Of a stretch of 64,000 bases of DNA, positions 1 through 13,627 are shown piece by piece. The DNA comes from Octopus vulgaris (taxonomy: Eukaryota). Numbering within the stretch: position 1 is the stretch's first letter; each line of letters begins with the position of its first letter. A program made the translations under genes and the position numbers. The stretch lies in assembly GCA_951406725.2 (NCBI GenBank), contig OX597828.1, positions 24,924,001 through 24,988,000 of the forward strand, written 5' to 3'. The notes under the pieces were generated by a model. It was not told where the DNA came from and ran no database searches. It was given only the letters and a program-made list of their open reading frames with translations.

Positions 1-37
1 ATTGATAGAGAGAGAGAGAAGAGGGATTCATATATAT

Positions 38-174
<137 letters not shown>

Positions 175-206
175 AAACCATCTATCTATGTAGAATCAAT
201 GTGTAC

Positions 207-246
<40 letters not shown>

Positions 247-706
247 TTACATGCATACATACAGACGCACACACACACACACACACGTGTCTGTGTGTGT
301 GTGTGCGTGTATGCATGTATATTATACATTTTAAAATTTCTCTTTTCAAAATAAAATGCACTTCATCGCATTTTTTAATAAATAATTTTCCCAAACAAAA
401 AATTAGTTGTTTATTATCATTTGGCATTTAATGAAATATATAAACATCAAAAAATAGAAAAACGTTTCCTTAAAAAAATTTGTATTTCACATTTTTCATG
501 AATCAAAACCAATTACCACATAATTTTTTTAAACATTTTATAATAATTTGGAATGGTAAGAGATTTTTACGGAATGAGACATCCCAGCTAAGACTTGGTT
601 GTATATGTTCACATTGTATATGTTCATTTATATCTAAGCACATTGTTAATTATTTCTGGGTGAGAGTTGGAGCTAACTTGAACAAATACAAGCATGTAAT
701 AATAAT

Positions 707-1285
707 CCTTTCTATTTTAGGCACAAGGCCTGAAATTTGGGAAAAGGGTTGAGTCGATTACATCAAGCCCAGTCTTCAACATATTCTTATTTTATCGACC
801 CCTAAAGGATGAAAAGTAAAATCAACCTCGGCGGCATTTGAACTCAGAACGAAGCGGCAGACGAAATACCGCTAAGCATTTCGCCAAGAATCCTAACGAT
901 TCTGCCAGCTCGCCGCTTTAATAATTATAATGATAATAATCATTTCTAATAAAGGCAATAGGCCTTAAATTTTGGGGAGGTGACGAGTCGATTGCATCGC
1001 CCTCAGTGTTTCTTTGATACTTAATTTATCGACTCCGAAAGGATGAAAGGCCGAATTTGAACTCGGAACGTAATGACGGCCGAAATACCGCCAAGCATTT
1101 CGTCCAGCGTGTTAACGTTTCTGCCAAGGCACAATACCTGAAATCTGAGAAAGAGGACTAGTCGATTACTCGACCTAAGTGTCTCGCTGATACTTGATTT
1201 ATCGACCCCGAGAGAAGGGAAAGAAAATTCGACCTCGGCGGAATTTAAACTCGAAACGTTAAGACGGATGAAATGCCGCTAAACA
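707..1285 (-). mobile_element. Cluster of about 3 degenerate tRNA-derived SINE family B copies
   Basis: Repeated variants of ttatcgaccccgaaaggatgaaaggcaaagtcgacctcggcggaatttgaactc, the reverse complement of the family B core seen at 1309-1540. Confidence 0.85.
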
Positions 1286-1308
1286 GTATATAATAGCTAC
1301 ATACAAAA

Positions 1309-1540
1309 GGCGGCGAGCTGGGAGAAGCGTTAGCACGCCGGGCAAAATGCTTAGCGGTATTTCGTCTGCCGTTACGTTATGAGTTCAAATTCCGCCGAGG
1401 TCGACTTTGCCTTTCATTCTTTTGGGGTCGATAAATTAAGCACCAGTTACGCACTGGGGTCGATGTAATCGACTTAATACCTATGTCTGTCCTTGTTTGT
1501 TCCCTCTATGTTTAGCCCCTTGTGGGTAATAAAGAAATAG
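1309..1540 (+). mobile_element. Full-length SINE family B with 20-bp target-site duplication
   Basis: Head ggcggcgagctgg(c)agaa...gagttcaaattcc (Pol III A/B-box-like); flanked by identical gtatataatagctacataca at 1286-1305 and 1541-1560. Confidence 0.92.
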
Positions 1541-1894
1541 GTATATAATAGCTACATACACGCCACACTAACGGCCGTGTAAAACAGATTTCTTTTTGTT
1601 GCACATTGTATATACAGATTTAATTAGTCTGAACAAAGAATGATCGAAAAATCAGATATCGAAATTACTCTAGTAGGAGTTTTCCTCTTACATTACAGCA
1701 ATGCACGTTGAGATATTTGTCGCTGGTTCTTATATTTGAAATACTTGACTAAACTATAAAAGAAATACGCTCCCTAAATATTGGGTTCCAATTTTGGCGG
1801 CCAGCAGTTTCGGGAGGAGAGGTAAATCGATTACATCGACCCCTGTGCTCAGGTGGTACTGATTCTTTTCTACTCTCTCTCTATATATATATGT

Positions 1895-2075
1895 GTGTGT
1901 GTGTGTACTTATTCGTGTGTGTTTATGTGTCTGCAATTGTCTCCCCACCACCGCTCGCCAACCGGTGTTGGTGTGTTTATGCTCACTTGCTAGACTAAAA
2001 TCCATTAAAGAGGTGCTCCAGCATGGCTGCAGTCAAATGACTGGAACAAATGAAAGAGAAAAAGAATAAAAGAAC
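1895..2075 (+). mobile_element. SINE family A 3' half
   Basis: Matches the tail of 13628-14058 (ggtgctccagcatggc..gcagtcaaatgactg..aaagaa repeats). Confidence 0.8.
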
Positions 2076-2102
2076 ATATATATATACATATATGCATGTA
2101 TG

Positions 2103-2196
<94 letters not shown>

Positions 2197-2213
2197 GAAG
2201 AATTTGTTGTTGT

Positions 2214-2286
2214 GGCAGTTTAGCTTAATGGTAAAGCACTTGACGCGTAATCACAGGGATGTGAGTTCGTGTCTCATGGCTGGCCG
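2214..2286 (+). pseudogene. Degenerate tRNA-Thr(CGT)-like sequence or SINE head
   Basis: ggcagtt-tagcttaatggtaaagc (D arm)-acttga cgcgtaa tcacag-gtgag ttcgtgt ctcat (T arm); anticodon and acceptor stems imperfect. Confidence 0.55.
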
Positions 2287-2666
2287 CTGACAGATTTTTC
2301 TTCAAAATATGGATAGTTTATCCTGTTCGCGCTATATTATTAGCTTTATCCTGCGTTTGAGGATAAAATTATTTCCTTATCTGTATTTTTCAATACATCT
2401 CAACGCTTCTAAAGCAAACTTCGTTATTTGACTTTCAACGTCAGTTGAATTTAATAAGGACTGTTTCTCAGTTTCCGTCAAACAAATCAGCTTAAGGCTA
2501 TGTTAGAAGACACTTCGACAAATGCCACGCAGTGGGACTGAACTAGGAATCTTGTGGCTGGAAATGTGTCATGAATAATATGAAAACATGTGTGGGGGCG
2601 CGTTTGTATGTGGGGCAAAAATATGTGAAATTTAAAATCATCTTCACTTCCATGATCATAATCATT

Positions 2667-2709
<43 letters not shown>

Positions 2710-3233
2710 CTATGAATCACAAAACGAATATTTTCATCAAAAAACAACAACAACAACAACAAGAAAGAATAACTGCGACGTTAATAGTGCAACTTCAAAA
2801 ACATTAAAAACGACATCAACATGAAGAACATCAAGGGTAGCAACAACAACACCAATAACACAAACGTTATCAAAAAACAATAAGAGAAACAAAAATAAAG
2901 GCGTCAACAAAAACAACAACAATAACAACAAAATCAACAACAGCAACAACAGCATCCCCACCAGCATCAGTAGTATGACCACTAACAATAACAATAACAA
3001 CAAGCATACGAATTGCAACAGCAATAACAACCGTTGCAAACAATAATTATAGCAAAACGCTAGCATCACCAGAAACAACAACAGCAACAACACTAAAATT
3101 AGCATCAATAACAGAGAATGGGAGGCGTAGGAGTAAAGTGCAGATATTGTTGTTTAGTTATACACATTAATAAACTCCCTATTGAATAATATCGGAACTC
3201 GTTAATCGGAGATACTTTCATACGACTATATGT

Positions 3234-3281
<48 letters not shown>

Positions 3282-3693
3282 ATGTATGTATATTATTTGC
3301 ATGTATAACATATATATATATACATATATATATCTATATATACATATATATATAGAGAGAGGCGTTCGTAGGTGGAGACACCGGCGTTAATTAATTAATT
3401 AATCTTCAGCGTTAATTAGGCTTCTAGGTAAAGAAAATACACATTCCTAATGATGATGAGGAAGATGAGGATGAGGATGAGGATGATGATGATGATGATG
3501 ATGAGGAGGAGGAGGAGGAGGAGGTGGATCATAATGATGATGATGTTGGTGGTGGTGGTGTTGATGGTGGTGGTGGTGGTGGTATCTGAAATCAAAAGCC
3601 GTGTTGTAAAACGAAAGATTTTTCTAAACATTTGGAAAATCATATGCGCACACGCACAGGCACACGTGTCATGCAGACATGAATAGGCATACA

Positions 3694-3725
<32 letters not shown>

Positions 3726-5934
3726 TAGAGAGAGAGAGAGAGAGAGAGATATGTATAGATAGAAGCATACGTATATACATGCGTATATATGTGTGTGCGC
3801 GCGTGTGTGTGTGAGTGTGTGTGTATCTATACATATATGTGTGTGTATGTATATATCTTTATATATATAAAACTGAGAATGTGTGTCTGTCTGTATGTCT
3901 GTGTGTTTCCCTAAAACTACAAAATCAATTTCATTCAAATTTTACACATGCCTTACTTAGGGTCCGGGGAGTGTCATGGGCAAAAAAAATTTTCAACTTC
4001 TTGCCTAGAACGAGCCCATAGCAATATCATATCTTCTCCACTATTTCAGTATTACGTGTTAAAAGTGAAACAAAAACATTTCTCTATTTTATGTCAGATA
4101 CTTTCACTTTAACAATAAAAATAATAATAACAATTGAATTATATGTAGTAAGTAATTATTAAAATCAAACTAAAGTATAATATAACCGTAACATAAAAAA
4201 AGTAAAAATAGCAATTGGTATAAAATTGCATCAATGATTTGAACTTGAATAAGTGGTTTCACATGAATGGGAATAAATTAAAAATAAAATTAGCGTGCAG
4301 AAATGGAATAGTCCAGATGGATAATAAAAAATTATATTAAAGAAAAGACTAATGTCTATAAAGTATAAAATGTAGAGAAAAAGAAGATTTGAACACATGG
4401 AGAAAAGCACCTTCGAAAAGTGTCTTGGTGCGACTATGAAAGGTATCTAATCAGAGGCGGTAAATTCGCCACAATAGAAGCAAAGTTCGAGTCAACGGAG
4501 CGTGCCAGGGAGCACTCGACTCGAACTTGCAAAGTGGAAATATTTTATTTTTTCCTTTATATCTGGGACGTAGGACGTCCCGGAAAAAAATTTTAAATGT
4601 GCCCCCATCCCAGAAGTAGAGGTAGGCTGGATTGTAGCCACACTTCTATACAAGAGGGAGGACAAGATACAAGTGTACAAGATACAAGATACATGTGTAT
4701 GCACACACACACATGCACACAAGTATTTGTTTTGAAGGCCTCAATATTCTCTATGAATCCATTGCTTCGCCTCTGGAAATTACCTTTCTTGTGCTTGCAG
4801 CTAGGGAGAGGCATTTTTATGAAAGATTAGCAACAACTGCTCTTGCAGCTGGGCACCCCTCGCTGCGCTATCTGTACGTGCTTTATTATGTATTGTGCTG
4901 GCTTGTCATGTCTTTGACTAAGTTGTAGGAGTGTCTTCGAGAATTATGGTAAGTGTTGGGTACTTTTTAACCTGGCGTGGCATCCCTTTTCAGGTACGAT
5001 CACTGCCGATAATTTCCAGGAAAGCAACAGTCAGACAAAAAAGGAAAAGTAAGGAGAGAGAAAAAGAAGTTTAGGGCTAGTATTTATTTGTCGACCATCG
5101 GAAAAATAAAATGAAACGGCTGTTGCGAGTAGTTTCAGAAGTGGGGGCATATCTGGTACTAAAGAGCAGGAAAAGCCGCTAAATATTGATGTATGTCGCT
5201 CGCTTTTATTTTCATAGCGATTTCGTTTCGCCTTGCTTGAAGGTACGCTGTGCTAACTCGATACGTCTTTAAAGGGGCCTCCTTTAGGCTAAATACCGCA
5301 GTGCTGTAGCATTTAGATACGTGGTATTGATCACGTTTATACTATTAAGTGGCTTTAAACACAAAATGTGATTCCCCCAACCCCGTGCAACGCATAATGA
5401 AGATATTAATCATCTTAGATATTTCTTTCACCACCAGGTAACGAAGTGAGTTTCTAGAGACCACACCCACCTCTATCTTGCTGCAGTGTGTGACGAGGAG
5501 AGCAATGATTTCCTGTTTCTCCAAACCACTCTCCACTCATTATATGATAATCAAAATATATATATATTTTACTATTTTTCCTCTAGAATAGCTCGTAACG
5601 ACAAATGATTTCGCATAATAAGAAGTATATAACCGAGGATGAGGTGTACGTTACAACTATGAAACGTAGACTTTGAAACATGTGTAGTTCCTCCATTCCT
5701 TTCTGCATTTCTTTCATTCACGTACTTAATAATCTCGTTCTAAGCAGCGTAAGTTACTTTTGAACAACAGTTGCATAGCATACATCATATTTATCGACAT
5801 TACTTTCCAATTTTGAAATAGGATTAGGTATGTTTGATCAGGATACATGGATTAATACTTTTATTCCTCGATTATAGATTCCATTCTTTATGTATATATA
5901 TATATATATAACTATTTTATATATCTTATATCTT

Positions 5935-6123
5935 ATACTTCATTCAGTTACTAGACAACGCCCATGCTCGGCACCGCCTTAAAGCCGAATGAATCGACGC
6001 AAGTACTTATTTTTCAAAAGCCTGGTTCTTAGTCTGTCCGTAACTTTTGCCTAACCGATAGGTTACAGAACATAATCACACCAGCACCGGTTGTCAGCAG
6101 TGGTGGAGGACAAACAAAGCCAC

Positions 6124-6177
<54 letters not shown>

Positions 6178-6259
6178 GTGTGTGTATTTGTGGCTTTGTT
6201 TGTCCTCCACCACTGCTGACAACCGGTGCTGGTGTGATTATGTTCTGTAACCTGTCGGT

Positions 6260-6326
<67 letters not shown>

Positions 6327-6512
6327 GTGTGTGTGTATGTATGTATGTATATATGTATGTACACATATAAGTGTGTGTGTGTGTGTATATACCAAATCTA
6401 CTCACAAGGCTTTAGCCGGCGCGAGACTACAGTACAAGACACTTGACCAAGATGTTCCACATTAGGACTGAACCCGTGGTTGGAAAGCAAGCTTCTTACC
6501 AGACAGCCACTC
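5935..6512 (-). mobile_element. SINE family A containing an internal inverted duplication
   Basis: 3' half at 5935-6125 and 5' half at 6390-6512 match 13628-14058; extra inverted copy at 6189-6261. Confidence 0.8.
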
Positions 6513-7232
6513 ATGTAATGCATGCTAGCTTGCTCTCCCAGCCAGCAGGGAGGCGTTATTCGAAGACTAAAACGATGCAAAGTGCGTTGTAACCAGCGAT
6601 GTGTAACAGCATCTGATGGTCTGCTCGGTCATGTGATCATATTATAATGTAAGCAAAAATATATGTATCTATATACACATACCTAGGAAAACGCTGACAT
6701 TCATATACATTAGCAAAAACCTGCATCTGCGCGATGTCACACAGACGTCGGGCCATGTGTGTCTACCGAAAATATGTTAAGCTGCCGTTAGTAGAGAAAG
6801 AGAATGGGGAGAGAGAGAGAGAGAGAGAGAGAGAAATGGGAGATAGGATGGGGATTGAGAGAAATGGAAAGAACGGGCGAGGGAAGATAGTTGAAGGATG
6901 TTAGACATAAAATCGCAAGGGACACCGGTAAGATTCGGAGACAGCAAAGGAAACAGCGGAAGAGAGGGAGAAAGAAAGAGAAAGAGAACGGGAAAGAGAG
7001 GAGAATCGAAAGATATTAGAGACACCGGTGAGATTTTGAGAATGAAAGAGAAAGAGAGAGAGAGGGAGAGAGAGAGAGAGAAAGAGATGAGATATGAAGG
7101 AGAGAGAAAGAGAATCTTGAGATATGAATACAGTAAGAGGGAGAAAACAGTTGCGAGATATGGACAAAGAGAGTGAGAGAGGAGGAAAATCGTTACAAGA
7201 GACTGAGAGAGGTGGGGGTGAGAGAGAGAGAG

Positions 7233-7285
<53 letters not shown>

Positions 7286-7519
7286 AGAAAGGAGCGTCCC
7301 GGTGAGATACGCAGGTGTGAGAAGAGCCATGTTGAAAAGATAGCGATTTGATTTTATGCGTATCAAATCCGTGATAGAATATCTATCTAGATTGGTTGAT
7401 CCACTAATTTTATGGTCACAGCAGGTGCTATTGATTTTAAAGTGTATTGTGTATGATGTGGAGTTTGCCAAGCTGAGCGACTTCTTGGAACTGTGTGTAG
7501 AGTTAGTAGAGAGAGCTTA

Positions 7520-7640
7520 TACATAGTACGGTGTTTACAGTCTCTTCACGTCCTTCTTTATTTTACCCAGTGTTCCGGTTATTATTGGTATTGTCCTACT
7601 AAGGTCACACGTACTATATTCCACTAGTGTCATTCTTAAG
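7520..7640 (-). mobile_element. Possible R4/Dong-like LINE C-terminal remnant
   Basis: Minus translation ...RTIPIITGTLGKIKK resembles the recalled TIPVIIGALG motif downstream of the RLE endonuclease. Confidence 0.35.
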
Positions 7641-8049
7641 TAGAGCAGATTTAGACAGGAACCTTTCATTTCTTTTCTTAACAGATGATGTTTTCCGGAG
7701 AGTATGAACATTTGAATGGCAGAGTAAATATGTCGCTTTGTTTAATACTACCAGTTGATAGCTTGGATGCCTCTGGCAAAGTCCATTCTATTGCAAGTGT
7801 TTAAACCAGGTCTCCGAGTTGAAAAAGCTTGCATCAGCATCAATGGAGGTGCATGGCTTAGTGGCTAGGGTTTGGGACTCCCAATCGTAAGGGTGACGAC
7901 GTATTTAATTCTATAAATCTAACAGGACATTTTAAACATCGAAATGAGTATGAGGCTCCATTCAAGTAAGAGGGGAATCCATCCAAGTAAAAGTGAACCT
8001 CTGGTCTAAGAATTTCTGTAAAAACTAAGACAAAAGTATATTCTACAGG

Positions 8050-8300
8050 GGTTGCTATTTTCTATTATATTTTTTCCATGTGGAAATTTTTCTGTTGCTT
8101 ATCTGTACCATACATTCAAAGCGTTTCTATAATGGCTAAGATTATTCTTGTAACCCTATTCTACATTCCCGATATTGTAATCTCTACTTTTTTATATTTG
8201 TTGAGCTTTTTTGTATTTAGACCTCATATACCGAGACTTTGTTATCATTTAGTAAATCTACAATAATTTCTATGTACAAGATCTGCATATTCTACACAGC
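8050..8300 (-). mobile_element. Possible R4/Dong-like LINE C-terminal remnant
   Basis: Minus translation KKLNKYKKVEITISGM*NRVTRIILAIIETL resembles the recalled EKLSKYKDLEIEISRMW..TIPVIIGALG. Confidence 0.45.
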
Positions 8301-8739
8301 GGGTTGGATTGATTACTTCATCTTGTCAACTGAGCAGAATATACTTCATTGAAGAGGTCTAATACAACCGAAACATGCCTGTTACATTCATCATTAGACT
8401 TTAAAACCAAGATCCAGTACTATTTTCAACGGCTTAATTTAAAACAAATCTTCAACTGGATGAAATTAATGGAGTTATTTCACTTGTTTGTTATTTACAA
8501 TCTTAAAACCCCCAGCGGAAGTTTTCGTCGAGTAATTGTGTTCAAAATATTGGATGTTCAAAGTTTTTAACTACTTTCTTATATGTAATGGGAGACTCTA
8601 CTGCAAATGCGTTTAGCATGTAGCACAATCTTCTAATATTCTTTCTATCAGGCATATTGTTGATATTTATGAAAGATCTTCGCTGTAGAAACTGTAGCAA
8701 GAAAGAAATCTCCTTATAGACAATATCTGTAAAAAGACA

Positions 8740-9400
8740 CAGCGCTAGTGCATATCAGCTATAAGGCCCACATCAACAATAAGGTCAATACAGCTCGTAG
8801 GTTGAGCTCCTGAATCCTAAGAACCTTCCGGTCCAGAGAACGGTGTCATCAACCCTCTTTTCTCCTCCTTTGTACGGTCACACCTCGAATACTGCTGTCC
8901 CCTACATAAAACAAAACACTTCGAAAATTCTAACACCCCAGAGAATTAAGGGCATGACTGATCTCGATTAGTGGGACTACCTTAAAGCATTGAAACGCTA
9001 TTCTCTCCAGCGCCACTGTGAGCAATACATCTTTAGCACGATGTGGAGAATATACCACCAGCATTGCCCAAACGACCTTAGCATTAGTTTCATAGTTCAT
9101 CCAAGGTTAGCACCACGGGCCATACGTCCCCTGCCGAATTCAGGATCACAACACATAAATCTGTTGCAACACAATTTCTTTTCCTCAACAGGCCTTGCCC
9201 TCTTTAAAATTGTCACAAAACAGATCAAAGAGGAAAGAGGATCCTATCACCTTTAATAGGGGTCTGGACATAATTTTTCAAGGGATACCAAATAAGCCAA
9301 TTATACCTGGATACAACTCACTCAACAAGAACTCCCTGTTCGAATGGGTCGTGATACCACAAAACTTGACAATTAAGTTAGCTTGGATCATATATGATAG
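8740..9400 (+). mobile_element. CR1-like LINE 3' fragment (ORF2 C-terminus, disabled)
   Basis: FVRSHLEYCCP, RYSLQRHCEQYI..MWRI and PIIPGY motifs typical of the CR1-group post-RT region; frameshifts present. Confidence 0.75.
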
Positions 9401-9467
9401 AGAGAATTTAATGAGAAAGGAGGAAGTATAAGAGAATATACGTATGTATAAGAGAGGAAAAGAGAGA

Positions 9468-9512
<45 letters not shown>

Positions 9513-9770
9513 TGTACATGTGTATGGGTGTACGTACGTGTGCTTTTTAAAAATATCAGGTGTGAGTGTATTTAAGATGGATGGATGGATAGATCGGTGA
9601 TTGGTTGGATGCTCCAGCATGGCCACAGTAAAATGACTGAAACAAGTAAAAGAGTAAAAGAGTATATCTATACATCACATCGATATATATGTGTGTGTGT
9701 GTGTGTATATGTGTGTGTATGTATATATATGTGTGTGTGTGTATGTGTGTATGTGTGTATGTGTGTGTTT

Positions 9771-9815
<45 letters not shown>

Positions 9816-10229
9816 TGTACATGTGTATGGGTGTACGTATGTGTGCTTTTTAAAAATATCAGGTGTGAGTGTATTTAAGATGGATGGATAGATAGATCGG
9901 TGATTGGTTGGATGAATGGACAGATAGGCGGATAGATGCTTGGTTGGTTGGTTGGCTTGTTGGATGTTTAGTAGCTTGACCGCCTCAGTGCTGCTTGGGT
10001 AGCTTACAGACTGGCAAGTCAACCGGCGGGCTTGCTGGCTGGCCGGTTTGCTGGTTACTTGTCTGGTTAGTAGGTTAGAGGGTCGTATTATTCCACATTG
10101 GTGACGATAATTGATAATAGTATAATGAATATGACATTTAAAATCAAATATCAGAAAAAAATATCGTTAGAAAAAATATCATTAGGAAGGAGGAGGTAAA
10201 AAAAAAGCGGAGGCACGACAAAATCATGG

Positions 10230-10273
<44 letters not shown>

Positions 10274-10304
10274 GGTGGTGGTGGTGGTGGTGGTGGTGGT
10301 GGTG

Positions 10305-10347
<43 letters not shown>

Positions 10348-10610
10348 CTGTAGTTGTAGTAAAGAGTAGTCGTACGGGTGATGGTCAGTTGTGGTGGTCA
10401 TTGTATGAGGAGGGAGAAGAAGCAGATGATATAATGTTTCTTTGGTCCTGTATACAATAAAACTACATCCACATGGATTTCAGCATGTTGCTTAGGCTTT
10501 GCGTGTTGTTGTTACTATTGCTGTTGTTGGTGGTGGTGTACTTTTAGCGTTCTACCAGTTGCATAATTAAAAACATATTTGCAAGTTTATCGAGATATAA
10601 TCGGAACCAG

Positions 10611-10847
<237 letters not shown>

Positions 10848-10860
10848 TGTATATATATAT

Positions 10861-10931
<71 letters not shown>

Positions 10932-10995
10932 AGATAAAGAAAATGGAGATTGGGAAGTTAATAATTGTTTATTATTAACAGCAAATTAATCATCA

Positions 10996-11083
10996 TTCCT
11001 TACAGCTGTTTCAATTAACACACAGTAAATATTAAGTAAATGTTAAATTTATATAACTTGAGTATAATATCTTCAGAGGGGAA
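10996..11083 (-). ncRNA. Type-I hammerhead ribozyme-like motif with long stem II region
   Basis: Minus strand: cct-CTGAAGA-(about 57 nt)-GAAA-CAGCTG-TA-agg; palindromic stem III; stems I and II only partly paired. Confidence 0.55.
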
Positions 11084-11292
11084 ATAGTATACCTTTGGAT
11101 GTTGTATATGTGTTTATGGTTTCATTATAGCAGACTCAGTCTGTGTTAATGAATCCTTAAATAGACGATGAGTAAAGCACGGCACAGTTTCGGTTACCTG
11201 TTATTATCCGTAGATTTATTGCAGGAACATCGTATTGGCGGTTGGGGTAACAGTATTAATATTATATATATGTGTATATATATATATATATA

Positions 11293-11858
11293 TTGGGTTG
11301 TCCGGAAAGTTCGTGCCGATTTTTAAAGAAAAGAAAAAGATCAATAAATACTTGCCATTACATTTTTAATCAACCAAATATGAACCATTTTGTTGCACAA
11401 TGCGTCTCCATCTTCTCTTTAACTTGAAAATACCCTCGTCCCAGAATTGAGGTAGTTTCATGGCAAAGAATTCATCAAGGTATCTTTTTACGTAATCCAA
11501 GGAATTGAAATTTTTACCATTAAGACTATTCTGCAGAGACCTGAATAAGTGGAAATCCGAAGGAGCAATATCTGGTGAATATGGAGGGTGGTGTAACACA
11601 TCCCAGTTGAGCAGCAGCAATTTTTGTCTGGTTCCAAAAGCATCAACTGCCGAAAATGAACTTTCTTATCTTCCATTTTAAAGGGTTACAGAATTAACAC
11701 AGGTTATAGGAATATAGACCTTCTTCCATGAAAAGATAGCTTAAACTGTGCTATAAGTGGAGATGTAGTCAAATCCTATTTTATGGACTCAACCATGTTA
11801 TAAAATAAGTCGAAATGTAAGCTATTATAAATCGGCACGAACTTTCCGGACAACCCAA
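11293..11858 (-). mobile_element. Internally deleted mariner element with perfect 30-bp TIRs
   Basis: TIR ttgggttgtccggaaagttcgtgccgattt at both ends, TA flanks; N-terminal MEDKKVHFR joined to C-terminal HPPYSPDIAPSDFHLFRSLQN. Confidence 0.95.
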
Positions 11859-12372
11859 TATATTTAAAAGATTTTGTAAAAATCAGTTGACATAGTTTTA
11901 CTGAGTACAAAAGAGATTTTTTTCAAACAAAATTATGTTTTTAAAAAAGTTGTAAATTCATTATCAGAACGTCACTTAAGTTTTTAGAAGTGTTTTTCTG
12001 GTGCATGTGAGCGCTTTTGATTATCTTTTCAAACATACGTGTTTTTGCATAATGTAATTTAAGAAAGAGGAGGTTGTTATTTTTGTAGAAGTGGTACTAT
12101 TAAGTATTTCCGATTTATTTTCGGACTTAATGTTTTCATGAAGTATTCTTCCTTTGACTTTCATAGTCAGTCATTTTTATCTAATATTTTGTAAAAGGGA
12201 ATAGTATTACTAATATAATTTTTCTATTATATATTTATCATATTATCTTCTATTAACTTTAGAGGCAAAAGTATGTTTCCTCAGTTACCCAACAATGACG
12301 AGTAAAATTCTAACCTGTTGTGGGGGAGTAGGCACAAGCCTGACATACACTCACACACACTCAAACACACAC

Positions 12373-12525
12373 ATGTGGCTGCGGGGTAAGAAGTTTGCTT
12401 CCCAGCCATATGGGTTTGGGTTCAGTCCCACTGCATTGCACCTAGGCCAAGTGTCTTCTACTACAGCTTCGGGCAGACCCAAGCCTTGTGAGTGGATTTC
12501 CTGGACGGAAACTGAAAATAGCCCG
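12373..12525 (+). mobile_element. SINE family A 5' half (diverged)
   Basis: gtggctg..ggtaagaagtttgct...gggttcagtcccactgc...ccttgtgagtggattt. Confidence 0.8.
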
Positions 12526-12835
12526 CTGTTCTCACTTATAACGTCTGTATGTTCTGAAAGTGTTACTTACCCAGATAAAGCGGACTTCATATTCAAGGCT
12601 CTGATGAAGATACAGGATGTTATCCAGGTACTCAACTAAGTGTCCATCACATATGATAGCAGAAACTACTGCAAGCTAATGAAGTTCATTGCATAACATT
12701 TAGCTTTTTCCGGTGTCATCTCATTGTTTTCGATTACTATTCTATATTCATCTATCATTATGTTCTGAACTCTACGTATATTGAGTTCTACACCAGGTCA
12801 TTAGTCTCGCTAGGCCTAAGCGAAATATTAATTTT

Positions 12836-12910
<75 letters not shown>

Positions 12911-12912
12911 TC

Positions 12913-12973
<61 letters not shown>

Positions 12974-13010
12974 CAGACAGAGAGAGAGAGAGAGAGAAAG
13001 AAAGAAAGAG
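12836..13010. repeat. (TAGA)n/(CAGA)n/(CATA)n compound microsatellite
   Basis: Direct reading. Confidence 0.95.
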
Positions 13011-13019
13011 AGAGGGAGG

Positions 13020-13195
13020 TTCAAATTTTGACACAAGGCCAGCAATTTCGGGTCGGGGGAAAATCGATTACATCGACCCCAGTGATCAACTGGTACTCAT
13101 TTTTATCAACACCGAATGGATGAAAGGCAAAGTCGACCTTGGCAGAATTTAAGCTCAGAATGTAAAGACGGAAGAAATGCCGCTAAGCATTTAGC
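13020..13195 (-). mobile_element. SINE family B copy
   Basis: gatgaaaggcaaagtcgacct..gaattt core. Confidence 0.8.
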
Positions 13196-13204
13196 AGGGC
13201 ATAT

Positions 13205-13265
<61 letters not shown>

Positions 13266-13627
13266 TGTGTGTGTGTATGTGTGTGTGTGCGCGCGCGCTG
13301 TGTGTTTGTGTTTGCGTGTTGTCCCCCACCACTGCCAAACAGCTAGTATTAATATGTTTACGTCTTCGCAACTTAGAGATTCGGCAAAAGAGAATCAATA
13401 GAATATATAACAAGCTAACTAAAACAGCTCATATTAATAAGATTAGTGAGAAAGTGCATATAATTCAAGCCATGTGGACTTACAAAGTGTACGACTTCAT
13501 GATAATAAAGATTATCAGTAACGCAAAAGGATGGAAATCGACGAAGTTATTATTCCGTACCCCTATCCAGAGAGATAACAGAGATTTAAGCTTCTAAAAT
13601 AATGCTTTTAATAGTTAAGTATACATA

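Noticed and set aside
2214-2286. Functional tRNA-Thr gene
   Set aside because: Anticodon stem, U33 and T-loop are defective; kept only as a pseudogene or SINE head
5633-5680. Hammerhead-like CCGAGGA...GAAACGTA
   Set aside because: Core mutated and stems weak; could be chance
11448-11460. let-7-like seed tgaggtag
   Set aside because: Lies inside mariner coding sequence; the rest of the miRNA and the hairpin are absent
12601-12670. CTGATGA motif
   Set aside because: No properly placed stem II, GAAA and stem III, and no C/D snoRNA partner box evident
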